Of a stretch of 64,000 nt of DNA, positions 9,887 to 22,740 are shown in pieces. This DNA is from Candidatus Omnitrophota bacterium (lineage in GTDB: Bacteria; Omnitrophota; Gorgyraeia; Zapsychrales; JANLHA01). Under the pieces are notes generated by a model that was given only the letters and a program-made list of their open reading frames with translations, was not told where the DNA came from and searched no databases. Positions within the stretch are counted from its first letter, which is position 1. Each line of letters opens with the position of its first letter. Location of the stretch: contig JAKQKX010000045.1 in assembly GCA_029560465.1 (NCBI GenBank), positions 24,260 through 88,259 on the forward strand, written 5' to 3'. A program made the translations under genes and the position numbers.

Positions 9887-11592
9887 CCAGAAGGATTTAA
9901 AGATCTTAAATATTTAATCGTGTCCATTAACATCTCTTTAAACACCGGAGCCGCCACCGTTCCCCCGTAATAATTGGGGCTCGGTTCATCAAAAACAACG
10001 ACTGCGGCAACACGGGGGTTATCAACCGGGGCGAATCCGATAAAAGTCGCGTAATACTTCCTATGAGAATACTGGCCGTTCTCAACCTTCTGTGCCGTTC
10101 CGGTTTTCCCAGCCACAGACAACCCATCAATGCGGGCACGCTTCCCTGTCCCGTTGTCAACAACGCCCTGCAAGATCGCTTTCATCCTCTCAGACGTTTC
10201 AGTCGAGATAACCCGCCCCCGGATTTCCGGGAAGAACTCCTGGATCAGTTCATCTTTGTTGTCTTTGATGTATTTGACGACAAAAGGCTTCATGGCAATA
10301 CCGCCGTTGGCAATCGCCGAAACGGCACACACCAACTGCAAAGGGGTCACGGCAACCTCATGCCCGATGGGAACCGCGCCAATGGACGTCTTGGACCACG
10401 TGGAAGGAGGAGGGATCAGCCCCTCCACTTCCCCGAGCAAATCAATGCCGGTCTTCTGTCCGAACTGAAAGGCCCGGGCATAACGGTAAACCTTTTCAGC
10501 CCCGAGCTTCTGGGCGATCTTCGTGGTCCCGATATTGCTGGATTGTTCAATCACCCCCTGAAACGTCAAAGTCCCATGCGGATGGCTGTCATGTAAGATA
10601 TGGTTGCCGACACGGTACTCCCCATTTTCACAAAAAATCTTGTCATCTTCCTGGAACGCCTTCTCTTCGATAGCCGCTGAGGCTGTGACAATCTTAAAAA
10701 CGGAGCCCGGTTCATAGATATAAGAAATTCCACGGTTCGTCCTTTGCTCCGGCGCACTTTCGGCAAAATTCTCCAAATCATAGGTCGGACGGTTCGCGAG
10801 GGCCAGGATTTCACCGGTATGAGGATCCATCACAATGATCGTCGCCCCTTTCGCCTTGTTCTGCTGAAACGCCTTGTCCAAAGCCCTTTCCGCGATGTAC
10901 TGTATCGTTTCGTCAATCGTCAGGACGAGATTAAAGCCATCCTGCGGTGGAGACGCGCCCTTTTCTATCATCAAATCCCGCTGCTTAGCGTCTCTTAAAA
11001 TCTGCGCCCAGCCTTCCTTGCCTTTGAGGACCTCATCATACTTGAGCTCCAGGCCATCCAACCCCGCATTATCCATCCCGGCAAACCCGATCACATGCGC
11101 TGCCAGGTTCCGGTTAGGATAATACCGTTTGCTCTCCCGGATAAAATCCAGTCCAGGTATTTTCAAAGCCTGAATTTCTTCCACAACATCATCCGGAAGT
11201 TTCCGAGATAACCAGACAAAATATTTCGGACGCGCGAGCCGCTCCCGGATAAAAGCGGGATCCAAGCGGGCCCGGGACGAAAGCTCCCTCACCGCCCGTT
11301 CCTTATCCTCGGACGTCATCAGCCGGGGGTTGGCGAACAAAGAGTATGCCGTCATATTCAACGCCAAATGCCTTAGCCGCCGGTCATAAATTGTCCCGCG
11401 CACCGGCTCCAGCTTGATATAATGGTTATGCTGTTTCGCCGCCAGTCCCGCGAGGTGCGTTGGACGAAAAACCTGCATCCATGCCAGCCGGGCAGAAAAA
11501 TACAGCAGACACGCAATCAAGAAAAGGAAAACACTGATAAAACGTAAGGTCCGTTTACGAATATACACCGGTCCACTCCGAACCGAATTCAC
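9883..11592 (-). CDS. ftsI: Class B penicillin-binding protein (FtsI/PBP3)
   Basis: N-terminal TM helix, RGTIYDR, EPGSVFK (SxxK), SSN (SxN) and KTGTAQ; position in the dcw cluster. Confidence 0.92.
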   Translation of the reverse strand: MNSVRSGPVYIRKRTLRFISVFLFLIACLLYFSARLAWMQVFRPTHLAGLAAKQHNHYIKLEPVRGTIYDRRLRHLALNMTAYSLFANPRLMTSEDKERAVRELSSRARLDPAFIRERLARPKYFVWLSRKLPDDVVEEIQALKIPGLDFIRESKRYYPNRNLAAHVIGFAGMDNAGLDGLELKYDEVLKGKEGWAQILRDAKQRDLMIEKGASPPQDGFNLVLTIDETIQYIAERALDKAFQQNKAKGATIIVMDPHTGEILALANRPTYDLENFAESAPEQRTNRGISYIYEPGSVFKIVTASAAIEEKAFQEDDKIFCENGEYRVGNHILHDSHPHGTLTFQGVIEQSSNIGTTKIAQKLGAEKVYRYARAFQFGQKTGIDLLGEVEGLIPPPSTWSKTSIGAVPIGHEVAVTPLQLVCAVSAIANGGIAMKPFVVKYIKDNKDELIQEFFPEIRGRVISTETSERMKAILQGVVDNGTGKRARIDGLSVAGKTGTAQKVENGQYSHRKYYATFIGFAPVDNPRVAAVVVFDEPSPNYYGGTVAAPVFKEMLMDTIKYLRSLNPSG

Positions 11593-11685
11593 CCATGGTT
11601 ATGTGTCTTTAATTCCGGCTTCAGCGGTAACATCGCGCAACATTTTATATGGAGAATCCGACCATTCGCAAAAACCGCAATGAGG

Positions 11686-12102
11686 TTACGGCTCTTTCCG
11701 CCAAGACCGGAGGATACGGCTTTTGTCAAAAGATCGCGCCTCGGCCTCGGACTTAAATGAAAGGAAACTCAGGAGAGGTTTGATTGGCCCTTCGTTTCGG
11801 GACACCGTCCCTTCATGCTCCGCGTTTAAAGATTCTGTTGTGACAAGCTGCACGATATTCTCATCATCGCTGAACTGAAAGATCGAGTTGTCCGTTAACA
11901 GGGTCACTCCCAAGTTGAGTGAAGATTTCAACTGCATGATATTATATGTCACACGGCCATTTTCGCTTTTCAGGGTGACAATTTCTTTCTCACGGGTCTT
12001 CCCCTGATAAGCGTAGTCAAATATCTGCATCTGCAAATGCGTATAGATCAAAGCAAAAACAGTGACGGTCGACATAACCTGTATAGACTTAACCAGTTTC
12101 AT
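11686..12102 (-). CDS. FtsL-like bitopic membrane protein (positional call)
   Basis: Lies between rsmH and ftsI; has an N-terminal hydrophobic helix followed by a heptad-like segment. Confidence 0.55.
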   Translation of the reverse strand: MKLVKSIQVMSTVTVFALIYTHLQMQIFDYAYQGKTREKEIVTLKSENGRVTYNIMQLKSSLNLGVTLLTDNSIFQFSDDENIVQLVTTESLNAEHEGTVSRNEGPIKPLLSFLSFKSEAEARSFDKSRILRSWRKEP

Positions 12103-12144
12103 ATAACACTCTTTCTTTTTTCCAAGCGGCAATATTGCCAAAAT

Positions 12145-13077
12145 TTATTTTCTTTCTCCGACCCTCAAGCGGGCACTGCGGGCACGGGGGTTATCCAGCA
12201 CCTCTTCCTCCGAGGGGCGGGACGGTTTCTTAGTCACGATGCTAAAAAGTCCCTTTTGACTTAACATCCGGAACTTATGCTTGACAATTCTATCTTCCAA
12301 CGAATGGAATGAAATTACTGCTATCCTCGCCCCCGGCCTCAGGAATCCGACACACTTGTCCAAAGCGATCTCCAAAGATTCGAGTTCCCGGTTGACCGCG
12401 ATGCGGAAGGCCTGGAATGTTCTCGTCGCGGGATGGATCTTCTGCCTCTTATACCGATGAGGCAGGGCTTTGAGGACAATTTCTTTCAGCTCACTGGTGG
12501 ATTCGATGGGATGGCGGCCTCTCTCTTCGACGAGGAATCTCGCAATCCGGTTATGCAACCGTTCTTCCCCATAGACTTTCAAAATACTTGATAATTCCTT
12601 TTCGGAAAGAGAATTGATCAAATCATATGCTGAAAAAGCAGCCTCCTGGTCCATGCGCATATCCAGCGGGCCTTCCGCCATTAAACTGAAACCCCGTTCC
12701 GGATTATCCAACTGAAAGCTGGAAATCCCCAAGTCAAATAACATCCCGTCCGCACAAGACACATTGAACTGCTCAAGGATGACGTCAAGCTTTCTGAAAT
12801 CTTCATGCACAAAATCACAACGCAACGGTTGTTTGGCAAGACGCTGACGGGCGACTTCCAAGGAATCGCTATCCCGGTCAATCCCGATGATCCTGCCCTG
12901 TTCACCCAAGACAGCCGCCGCAGCCTCCGCATGCCCTCCTAATCCTAAAGTACAGTCCACCAGGCATCCTCCTCTCGGTAGGCGTAGAGATTCCAAGACC
13001 TCCTGCATCATCACGGGGGTGTGCCCAGGATTTTCATTTTTCATGTGTGCGAGCGTGTTTATCGCGACATCGACCAT
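12145..13077 (-). CDS. rsmH: 16S rRNA m4C1402 methyltransferase
   Basis: HTPVM, DCTLGLGGH, DLGISSFQLD, PLDMRM and ISFHSLEDR motifs. Confidence 0.98.
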   Translation of the reverse strand: MVDVAINTLAHMKNENPGHTPVMMQEVLESLRLPRGGCLVDCTLGLGGHAEAAAAVLGEQGRIIGIDRDSDSLEVARQRLAKQPLRCDFVHEDFRKLDVILEQFNVSCADGMLFDLGISSFQLDNPERGFSLMAEGPLDMRMDQEAAFSAYDLINSLSEKELSSILKVYGEERLHNRIARFLVEERGRHPIESTSELKEIVLKALPHRYKRQKIHPATRTFQAFRIAVNRELESLEIALDKCVGFLRPGARIAVISFHSLEDRIVKHKFRMLSQKGLFSIVTKKPSRPSEEEVLDNPRARSARLRVGERK

Positions 13078-13135
13078 AAGAAACCAGGCTCATTCTGACA
13101 GCATATTATTTAAAAGGTGATCCCTTCAAAACGGA

Positions 13136-13576
13136 TTAGTCCGCTTGCATCATGTTTTCAGCGATCCGTTCAAATGACTCGGAATTATTATCATAAAATG
13201 ATGCCCAGGTTCCGGCATCCCAAATTTCAATTCGATTAGAGACGCCAACCAATATCGTGTCTTTTTGAATACCGGCATAGGTTTTCAAATACGGGGGAAT
13301 AATAAAACGACCTTGTTTATCCGGGATCACATCTGCCGCCCCCGAAAAAAATAACCGGTTAAAATGGCGGGATTCCTGTTTCGTAAACGGCATGCTTTTG
13401 AATTTTTTTTCCTGAATCCTCCATTCCTCCTCGGCAAACATAAAGACACACTTATCCAGCCCCCGGGTAAGAAAAAATTTTTCAATACCGCCTTCCTTAC
13501 AAACATCCCTGAACCGGGCTGGAAGGATTAACCGCCCCTTTTGATCGAGAGAATGGCAATATTCACCATAAAACAT
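13136..13576 (-). CDS. mraZ: Division/cell wall cluster repressor MraZ
   Basis: MFYGEY start with two DxxGR repeats (DQKGR, DKQGR) and IEIW; first gene of the dcw cluster. Confidence 0.98.
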   Translation of the reverse strand: MFYGEYCHSLDQKGRLILPARFRDVCKEGGIEKFFLTRGLDKCVFMFAEEEWRIQEKKFKSMPFTKQESRHFNRLFFSGAADVIPDKQGRFIIPPYLKTYAGIQKDTILVGVSNRIEIWDAGTWASFYDNNSESFERIAENMMQAD

Positions 13577-13595
13577 AGTTTAATCCTGACGTCTT

Positions 13596-13625
13596 AACCC
13601 ACTACCCACCACTTTCCACCACTTT
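13596..13625 (-). promoter_or_regulatory. MraZ operator: three GTGG-core direct repeats with a 10-bp period
   Basis: Minus strand reads AAAGTGGTGG AAAGTGGTGG GTAGTGGGTT just downstream of the -10; matches the known MraZ box arrangement. Confidence 0.85.
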
Positions 13626-13632
13626 GTATTCA

Positions 13633-13661
13633 AGTATATCGAAAATGCTCATTCTCGTCAA
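13633..13661 (-). promoter_or_regulatory. Sigma70 promoter of mraZ/dcw
   Basis: TTGACG-17 bp-TATACT on the minus strand. Confidence 0.75.
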
Positions 13662-13686
13662 CAGCAAAATATTCTATTTTGTTGCA

Positions 13687-13734
13687 ATACAATAGTTTGT
13701 ATTACAGCAAAATACACACAACAATATATGGTAG
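13687..13734. promoter_or_regulatory. Tandem NrdR-box-like sites upstream of mraZ
   Basis: ataCaAtAgtTtGtat (13687-13702) and caaCaAtATaTgGtag (13719-13734), 32 bp apart, compared with the consensus acaCwAtATaTwGtgt. Confidence 0.55.
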
Positions 13735-13826
13735 CCAAAAACAATAAAAATACCGGCCCCACAGCCTCGCAGCCCCACTCTTCTGGAAAAATTGCAAGAA
13801 AAATTCAATAAATAGATAAAAAAGGA

Positions 13827-14780
13827 TTAGATCAAAGAAGGGATAATGAGATGTGTTCTTCGAAACCAACGACGAGCGTTCGCTTCATCGGATTGAATCT
13901 GCCGGACCAAACTGTGACGAGAATCAAATTTTATTTCTTCTCGGATTTTTTTATTAAAAAAAATAATAATTTTTTCACCGTAAATATTACGGTTAAAGTT
14001 AAAAATATTCACTTCAATGGTTATGCGGCCAGAAGGACGGATGGACGGCTTCCGCCCTATATACGCCATCCCGGGAAAAAGACGGCCTTGATACTGGACA
14101 TAAACAATATACACCCCGCTGGGCGGGATCAACTGCCGTCTGGCCGAAACATTAGCGGTCGGGAAACCCCATTGACGGCCCAGGGCGTCCCCATGAACCA
14201 CATTCCCCTCAATCGCAAAAGGGCGGCCCAGGAGACGGGAAGCCCTGGGGAGGTCGCCATCCAAGATATGTTGCCGGATCATGGTGCTGCTGATGATTTT
14301 CTGGGCGCCCTTTGAAGTGGGTACGGTCTGGACCTTGAATTTATGTCTTTCGCCCTCCTCCCGGAAAAGAGCCAGGGTTCCGAGCCGGTCCCTCCCGAAA
14401 CGGAAATCATCGCCGATAATCACGGTATGGGGAGCCATCCTTTCGACAAGGTATTTTTCGATAAACTGACGCGGAGGGATCCGTGAGAACTCCCGGGTGA
14501 AATGGATAAGCCAACAGACATCAAGGCCGAAGTCCGACAGCAATCTCTCTCGTAACGACAAAGTCATGATCAGCGGAAGACTTTGCCCGGGCCTGAGCAC
14601 ATGCAACGGATGAGGATAAAAAGTCATAACCACAGCCGTCCCGTGGCAAGCCCGGGCCTTTTTGACCACCTGATGAATGACCTTTTGATGACCGCGATGC
14701 AAACCATCAAAGACGCCGATGGCTATGACAGGATGAGGATATTGTTTTTTGACTTGACTTAAGCGGGTTATCAATTCCAT
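13827..14780 (-). CDS. ribF: Bifunctional riboflavin kinase/FAD synthetase
   Basis: GVFDGLHRGH, DFRFG, ISSTMIR and GFPTAN motifs. Confidence 0.97.
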   Translation of the reverse strand: MELITRLSQVKKQYPHPVIAIGVFDGLHRGHQKVIHQVVKKARACHGTAVVMTFYPHPLHVLRPGQSLPLIMTLSLRERLLSDFGLDVCWLIHFTREFSRIPPRQFIEKYLVERMAPHTVIIGDDFRFGRDRLGTLALFREEGERHKFKVQTVPTSKGAQKIISSTMIRQHILDGDLPRASRLLGRPFAIEGNVVHGDALGRQWGFPTANVSARRQLIPPSGVYIVYVQYQGRLFPGMAYIGRKPSIRPSGRITIEVNIFNFNRNIYGEKIIIFFNKKIREEIKFDSRHSLVRQIQSDEANARRWFRRTHLIIPSLI

Positions 14781-14808
14781 CTCTATAAAAAAACCGCTCT
14801 AGGAAACG

Positions 14809-15498
14809 CTACCGGGCGGTTCCATTCCAAAGTTTTACATGCTCCGGCCCCAAATCCTCAAGGGCGACAGCCTCATCAATACGAAAAGGGCCAACCCGAG
14901 TTCTTTCAATCTCGGAAATACAAGCGATATTGTTCAGGCGTTCCGCCATATCCTCGGCGAGTTGCCTCACGTAGGTGCCCTTCGAACATTCAACATGAAA
15001 CGTAACCCTCGGCGGGGAAAAATCAACAAGCTGCAAATCACGAATTGTAATCGCGCGGGGCTCGCGTTTAACCTCTATCCCCTTCCGGGCCAGCTCATAT
15101 AAACGTTTCCCATTCACCTTGATAGCCGAGACCATCGGAGGAACCTGCACGATGTTTCCCCTGAAGCCCTTCATGATATTTTCGAATTGCTCCCGCGTCA
15201 CTTGATCATAACCAATCTGCTTCAGGATTTTCCCTTCAATATCAGCGGTTGTTGTTTTGGTGCCTAAAATCATGCTGGCTTTATACCCCTTGTCATAGGC
15301 TTCGAATTCCTTAAACAACTTTGTGCAGCGGCCCAAAAGGATGATCAAGACTCCCGTGGCCAAAGGGTCAAGAGTCCCCGCATGCCCCACCCGCTTCATC
15401 TTGAGAATGCGCCGCACCCGGGAAACGACATCATGGGATGTCATCCCCGACGGCTTATTGACAACAATGATACCATTATATGGAGATTCGTCTTTCAT
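14809..15498 (-). CDS. truB: tRNA pseudouridine(55) synthase
   Basis: KPSGMTSHD, GHAGTLDPLATG, PPMVSA and CSKGTYVR motifs. Confidence 0.98.
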   Translation of the reverse strand: MKDESPYNGIIVVNKPSGMTSHDVVSRVRRILKMKRVGHAGTLDPLATGVLIILLGRCTKLFKEFEAYDKGYKASMILGTKTTTADIEGKILKQIGYDQVTREQFENIMKGFRGNIVQVPPMVSAIKVNGKRLYELARKGIEVKREPRAITIRDLQLVDFSPPRVTFHVECSKGTYVRQLAEDMAERLNNIACISEIERTRVGPFRIDEAVALEDLGPEHVKLWNGTAR

Positions 15499-15541
15499 AA
15501 GATCCTTTTTGATAAAATGGACTGAACCGCCGAAGGACGCG

Positions 15542-16516
15542 TCAGATGACCTCGCTGATTTCCTGCAACACGCGTTTTTTGGTGTGATTCAAGTCGCCCT
15601 TCACCAAACAGCCACTTGCCCGGCTGTGCCCTCCTCCCTGGAAATGATACGCGAGCCAGGCGACATTCACCCTGGAAAGGGACCGGAAATTGACCCGGGT
15701 GACATCCTTTTTCTCGACAGTAAAAATTACGATGACTTCGACGTCTTTGATGGCGCGGAAATGCCGGAAAATCCGGTCCCGCAGGTCAAACTCTTCCGAG
15801 AACCGTTTCAAATCCTTCTGGGACAAAACCAGGCAGATAACTTGATTATTAAAATGCCTCTCAAAAGAGCTAACCAGTTTATTGAAATTATTTAAATCCC
15901 CCAGGGTGATCGACTCATACAATTTGATATACAACTTGTTGGACGACACCCCGAACGACAACAACCGGGAGGCCACCTCGTGCGTATGCGGGGTGGTGTT
16001 ATCGTAACGGAAGCATCCTGTGTCCGTTAAAATCCCGGTATACAAAAGCTGCGCCAAAGTTTTTGTTAAAGGACAGGAAATATCCGCCAGCAGATCATAA
16101 AGCAATTCCGCCGTGGAAGAGGACTTGGGCACGACACAGTTATATTGCCCAAAAAAACTGTTGGTGACATGATGATCAATGTTCACCAAGAGCGTGCCAG
16201 GAGACAACAGTGGCTGAACAGGCCCGATACGGTTAAAATCCCCACAATCGAGAATAATGGCCATGTCAAAATCCCATTTCTTGATGCTGGACGCCAAACG
16301 GATCTGTCGGGCGCCCGGCAGAAAGTGGAACCTCCGGGGGATGGGTTCAGGGCTGACCGCAATGACTCTTTTCCCCAAATGGCGGAGAATTTGAACCATA
16401 GCACACTGGGACGCCACGGCATCAGGATCAGGATTCACGTGGGTGCACACTAAGAAAGAATGGTGTGCCCTGAGTACCTGGCTGATTTCCTGGAAAGAAT
16501 TGTTTTTACGCGCCAC
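15542..16516 (-). CDS. nrnA: DHH/DHHA1 oligoribonuclease/pAp phosphatase
   Basis: HVNPDPD, NIDHH, TDTG and GGGH motifs; probable GTG start at 16516 with GGAG upstream. Confidence 0.9.
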   Translation of the reverse strand: MARKNNSFQEISQVLRAHHSFLVCTHVNPDPDAVASQCAMVQILRHLGKRVIAVSPEPIPRRFHFLPGARQIRLASSIKKWDFDMAIILDCGDFNRIGPVQPLLSPGTLLVNIDHHVTNSFFGQYNCVVPKSSSTAELLYDLLADISCPLTKTLAQLLYTGILTDTGCFRYDNTTPHTHEVASRLLSFGVSSNKLYIKLYESITLGDLNNFNKLVSSFERHFNNQVICLVLSQKDLKRFSEEFDLRDRIFRHFRAIKDVEVIVIFTVEKKDVTRVNFRSLSRVNVAWLAYHFQGGGHSRASGCLVKGDLNHTKKRVLQEISEVI

Positions 16517-16904
16517 CTGTGGCTCCTTGATCTTGTGTTTCCGTATCATCTGTCGCGGCCTGCGTGGGCAATTTCTTGATATCCAACAGCGTCTGTTCGA
16601 CCCTGGCGCTGTATTCGATAGACGGGTCATAAATAAATTCCAGTTCCGGAGTATAACGTAAAGTCAAATTCTGCCCGATTCTCCTGCGGAGGTATCCCGC
16701 GGCATGGTTCAAGCTACGAACAGCATCGTCAGTATTGCATTGCGAACCTAAGACACTGAACTTAATCTGGGCATAATGCAAATCCGGACTCACGTGAACT
16801 TCAGTAATGGTTACAAACTGTAACCGGGGATCGTGCATTTCCTGCTGCAGCAGGACGCCGATCTGCCGTTTGACCAACTCATTCACTCTTTCCATCCGCC
16901 CCAT
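16506..16904 (-). CDS. rbfA: Ribosome-binding factor A
   Basis: RMERVNE, DPRL, VSPDL and LRYTPELEFIYD motifs. Confidence 0.97.
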   Translation of the reverse strand: MGRMERVNELVKRQIGVLLQQEMHDPRLQFVTITEVHVSPDLHYAQIKFSVLGSQCNTDDAVRSLNHAAGYLRRRIGQNLTLRYTPELEFIYDPSIEYSARVEQTLLDIKKLPTQAATDDTETQDQGATGGA

Positions 16905-16919
16905 TAAAAATCTCCTTAC

Positions 16920-18188
16920 CTATATTCGACAGGTTCGTTCCCTCATAAATTCCAACTGCCGGGCCCGGTCCGGGCACCGGCCATTCAATTTTTGCTCCAT
17001 AACTTCCGCCAAGATGCGCCCGACGATCCGAGACGGGCGCTTCCCCAAGGCTTTCTGGACATCTTCCCCGGTTATGTCAAGTCTGATATGGGCCAACTTC
17101 TCCAAAAAAAGATCAACCCGCTCATGTACTATCTTAACGGAAGTTCGCAAACGAATAAAGAGAATATTTTCCAAAGCCAAAGGTTTTAATATAGCATAAA
17201 TATCGCTGGATGCCATCCTTTTAACTGATAAGAGTTTTGCCTGGCTCGTGGCTTGGATCGCGCCCAGAAGCGACTCTTTTTCCCTCCGGCAGACCGGGAC
17301 TCCTTTTAAAATATATTCAATCTGTACTTTATCCAGCCCCGCCAGAAGCGCCATGAAACGGATCATGGGCCAATCGGCTTCTTGCGCGGGATAAAACGAA
17401 GGCAGCCTCCGGCGGCGCTCCTCAATCTGACCCAACACACGATCATTGATGGCACGCCCTTTAAAGAAACAATCCAGGCCCCCAAGCCGGCGTAACCTCC
17501 GGACACAGCCGAGCGCCTCCTCTTCTTTGAGGACCTTACGGAAATCCGTGAAATAGCGCGCCGGCTTAATCCGGGCCAGGACGTTCCGACGCAAGGCTGA
17601 CTTCAAAAGCCGGTCCGTCCGCGGCTCAAACTTAAAATTCAACCGTTGCTCAAAACGGACCCCTCGCAGGATCCGGGTCGGGTCATCGATAAAACTGTTA
17701 TCGTGCAGTATCCTAAGGTGCCGGCGGAGCAAATCATGGACCCCGTCGTATAAATCCCGCAGGACCCCGGCATCCGGGCCATGCAAAACGGCGGCCATAG
17801 CGTTGATTGTAAAATCCCTCCTTTTTAAATCCGCCTCAAGCGTCCCCGGCCTAACAACGGGAAGTGCGCCGGGGTGGGGATAAAATTCCTCCCGGGCCAT
17901 GGCGAAATCCACGCTGATCCGATCCGGGCTCGTGACGGTGGCGGTTTGAAACCGTTCATGGATTTTCAATTCCCCCCGAACTAAGTCTGCCACACGTTGC
18001 GCCAACTCTATGGCGTTCCCCTCCACCACGCAATCCAGGTCCACATTCCGCTTCTGAAGAAGAATATCCCTGACCGTCCCTCCGACGATATAAACCGAGA
18101 TGCCGGCACCTTCTGCGGCCCGGGACACGCCGTGAAGCAGGGTTTTGACCTGCGGATTTAAATGCTGCCAGGAAATTTTACGCATCAA
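16920..18188 (-). CDS. Class II tRNA nucleotidyltransferase (CCA- or A-adding)
   Basis: VGGTVRD, DLD, RRDFTINA and DDPTRILR motifs; the loop AREEFYPHPGALP is intact. Confidence 0.88.
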   Translation of the reverse strand: MMRKISWQHLNPQVKTLLHGVSRAAEGAGISVYIVGGTVRDILLQKRNVDLDCVVEGNAIELAQRVADLVRGELKIHERFQTATVTSPDRISVDFAMAREEFYPHPGALPVVRPGTLEADLKRRDFTINAMAAVLHGPDAGVLRDLYDGVHDLLRRHLRILHDNSFIDDPTRILRGVRFEQRLNFKFEPRTDRLLKSALRRNVLARIKPARYFTDFRKVLKEEEALGCVRRLRRLGGLDCFFKGRAINDRVLGQIEERRRRLPSFYPAQEADWPMIRFMALLAGLDKVQIEYILKGVPVCRREKESLLGAIQATSQAKLLSVKRMASSDIYAILKPLALENILFIRLRTSVKIVHERVDLFLEKLAHIRLDITGEDVQKALGKRPSRIVGRILAEVMEQKLNGRCPDRARQLEFMRERTCRI

Positions 18189-18206
18189 GCCCCTTGGGGG
18201 ATTTTC

Positions 18207-19097
18207 TTATCCCCGTGGATGATAATGTTTATGAATATTTTTCAACCGCTCCCGGTCCACGTGCGTGTAAATCTGCGTGGTGGAAATATCCGCATGACCC
18301 AACATCTCCTGGACCGCCCTGAGGTCCGCGCCGTGCTCAAGCAAATGAGTGGCAAACGTGTGCCGCAATGTATGTGGTTTAATCGCCTTCTTAATATTCG
18401 CTTTCTTGGCGTAAGCCTTGACGACTTTCCATAAACTCTGCCGGCTCATTTTTTTCCCAAGACGGCTCAAAAAAACGTCTGAGGACAGCCTGGATTTCAA
18501 CAAACTCCCACGGCTCCCATCGCAGTAAATTCGCACCGCCTCCCGGGCTCTTTGCCCCAAAGGGATAATGCGCTCCTTACGCCCTTTCCCGATACACCGG
18601 ACGTATCCCAACTCAAGGTTGACCTGATCCAGGCGCAGGTTCGCCAGCTCGGAAACCCTCATCCCGCTGGCGTAAAACACTTCTAAGATGGCCCGGTCGC
18701 GGACCGCCTGCCAGGTATCTCCCCGGACCGACAGGATCATCGCTTCAATTTCCTGCTGATTAAGGACTTCAGGGACCCTCTTCCATAATTTTGGCGTTTC
18801 CACCAAGGAACTCGGGTCTTCCTGTTGAAAATTCTCCCTGACGAGGAAACGGTGGAAGGTCTTGATCGCGGCTAACCGCCGGCAAATGGTCCGGGCCGAC
18901 AAGCCGGATTTTTTCTGGACATAGACATAATCGGAAATATGCTGCCGGGTGATCTGCCGGAGCCCCTTAACCCCGGACTGTTCGCAATACGCCAGATAAC
19001 TTTGAAGATCCCGTCGGTAAGCGAACAATGTGTTGTCTGCCAACCCTCTTTCAACCGATAAAAAACTTATGAAATCATCAATAAATTTCTGCATCAC
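18207..19097 (-). CDS. xerD: Site-specific tyrosine recombinase XerD
   Basis: GMRVSEL, GKGRKER, HTLRHTFATH, LGHADISTTQIY and C-terminal HPRG; housekeeping context. Confidence 0.9.
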   Translation of the reverse strand: MMQKFIDDFISFLSVERGLADNTLFAYRRDLQSYLAYCEQSGVKGLRQITRQHISDYVYVQKKSGLSARTICRRLAAIKTFHRFLVRENFQQEDPSSLVETPKLWKRVPEVLNQQEIEAMILSVRGDTWQAVRDRAILEVFYASGMRVSELANLRLDQVNLELGYVRCIGKGRKERIIPLGQRAREAVRIYCDGSRGSLLKSRLSSDVFLSRLGKKMSRQSLWKVVKAYAKKANIKKAIKPHTLRHTFATHLLEHGADLRAVQEMLGHADISTTQIYTHVDRERLKNIHKHYHPRG

Positions 19098-19106
19098 CAG
19101 CCACCC

Positions 19107-22379
<3,273 letters not shown>

Positions 22380-22402
22380 ACGAACCCCAGCTTACGGCGG
22401 GT

Positions 22403-22705
22403 TTAAATGATCCTGAAATTATGGAACTCCCCGGCGGGGTCTCCATAAAACAGCTCCCGCTTACTGATTGATTCTGAGAAGTACTCTTCAACTTCCATCA
22501 TAAGATTTTCAACGCCCGCGGGGTATCCCTCCACCAGGATTTCAACCCGGCCATCATGAAGGTTCCTAACCCAACCCTGAAGCCCCAGTCGGGACGCATA
22601 GCCACGGACCGTATACCGGAACCCAACGCCTTGGACAATCCCGGAATAAAAAATGTGCGCCTGAACCAGCCTTTCATGATGTTTACGTTGCTGTTCCTGT
22701 GTCAT
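22403..22705 (-). CDS. acyP: Acylphosphatase
   Basis: GIVQGVGFR and GWVRNLHDGRVE motifs. Confidence 0.93.
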   Translation of the reverse strand: MTQEQQRKHHERLVQAHIFYSGIVQGVGFRYTVRGYASRLGLQGWVRNLHDGRVEILVEGYPAGVENLMMEVEEYFSESISKRELFYGDPAGEFHNFRII

Positions 22706-22740
22706 AAAATTATATTGCCGCGGATAAATCAATTAACAAT

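Noticed and set aside
13596-13625. Short tandem repeats as a CRISPR or novel repeat
   Set aside because: The 10-bp GTGG periodicity in front of mraZ is the known MraZ operator; there are no spacers or cas genes.
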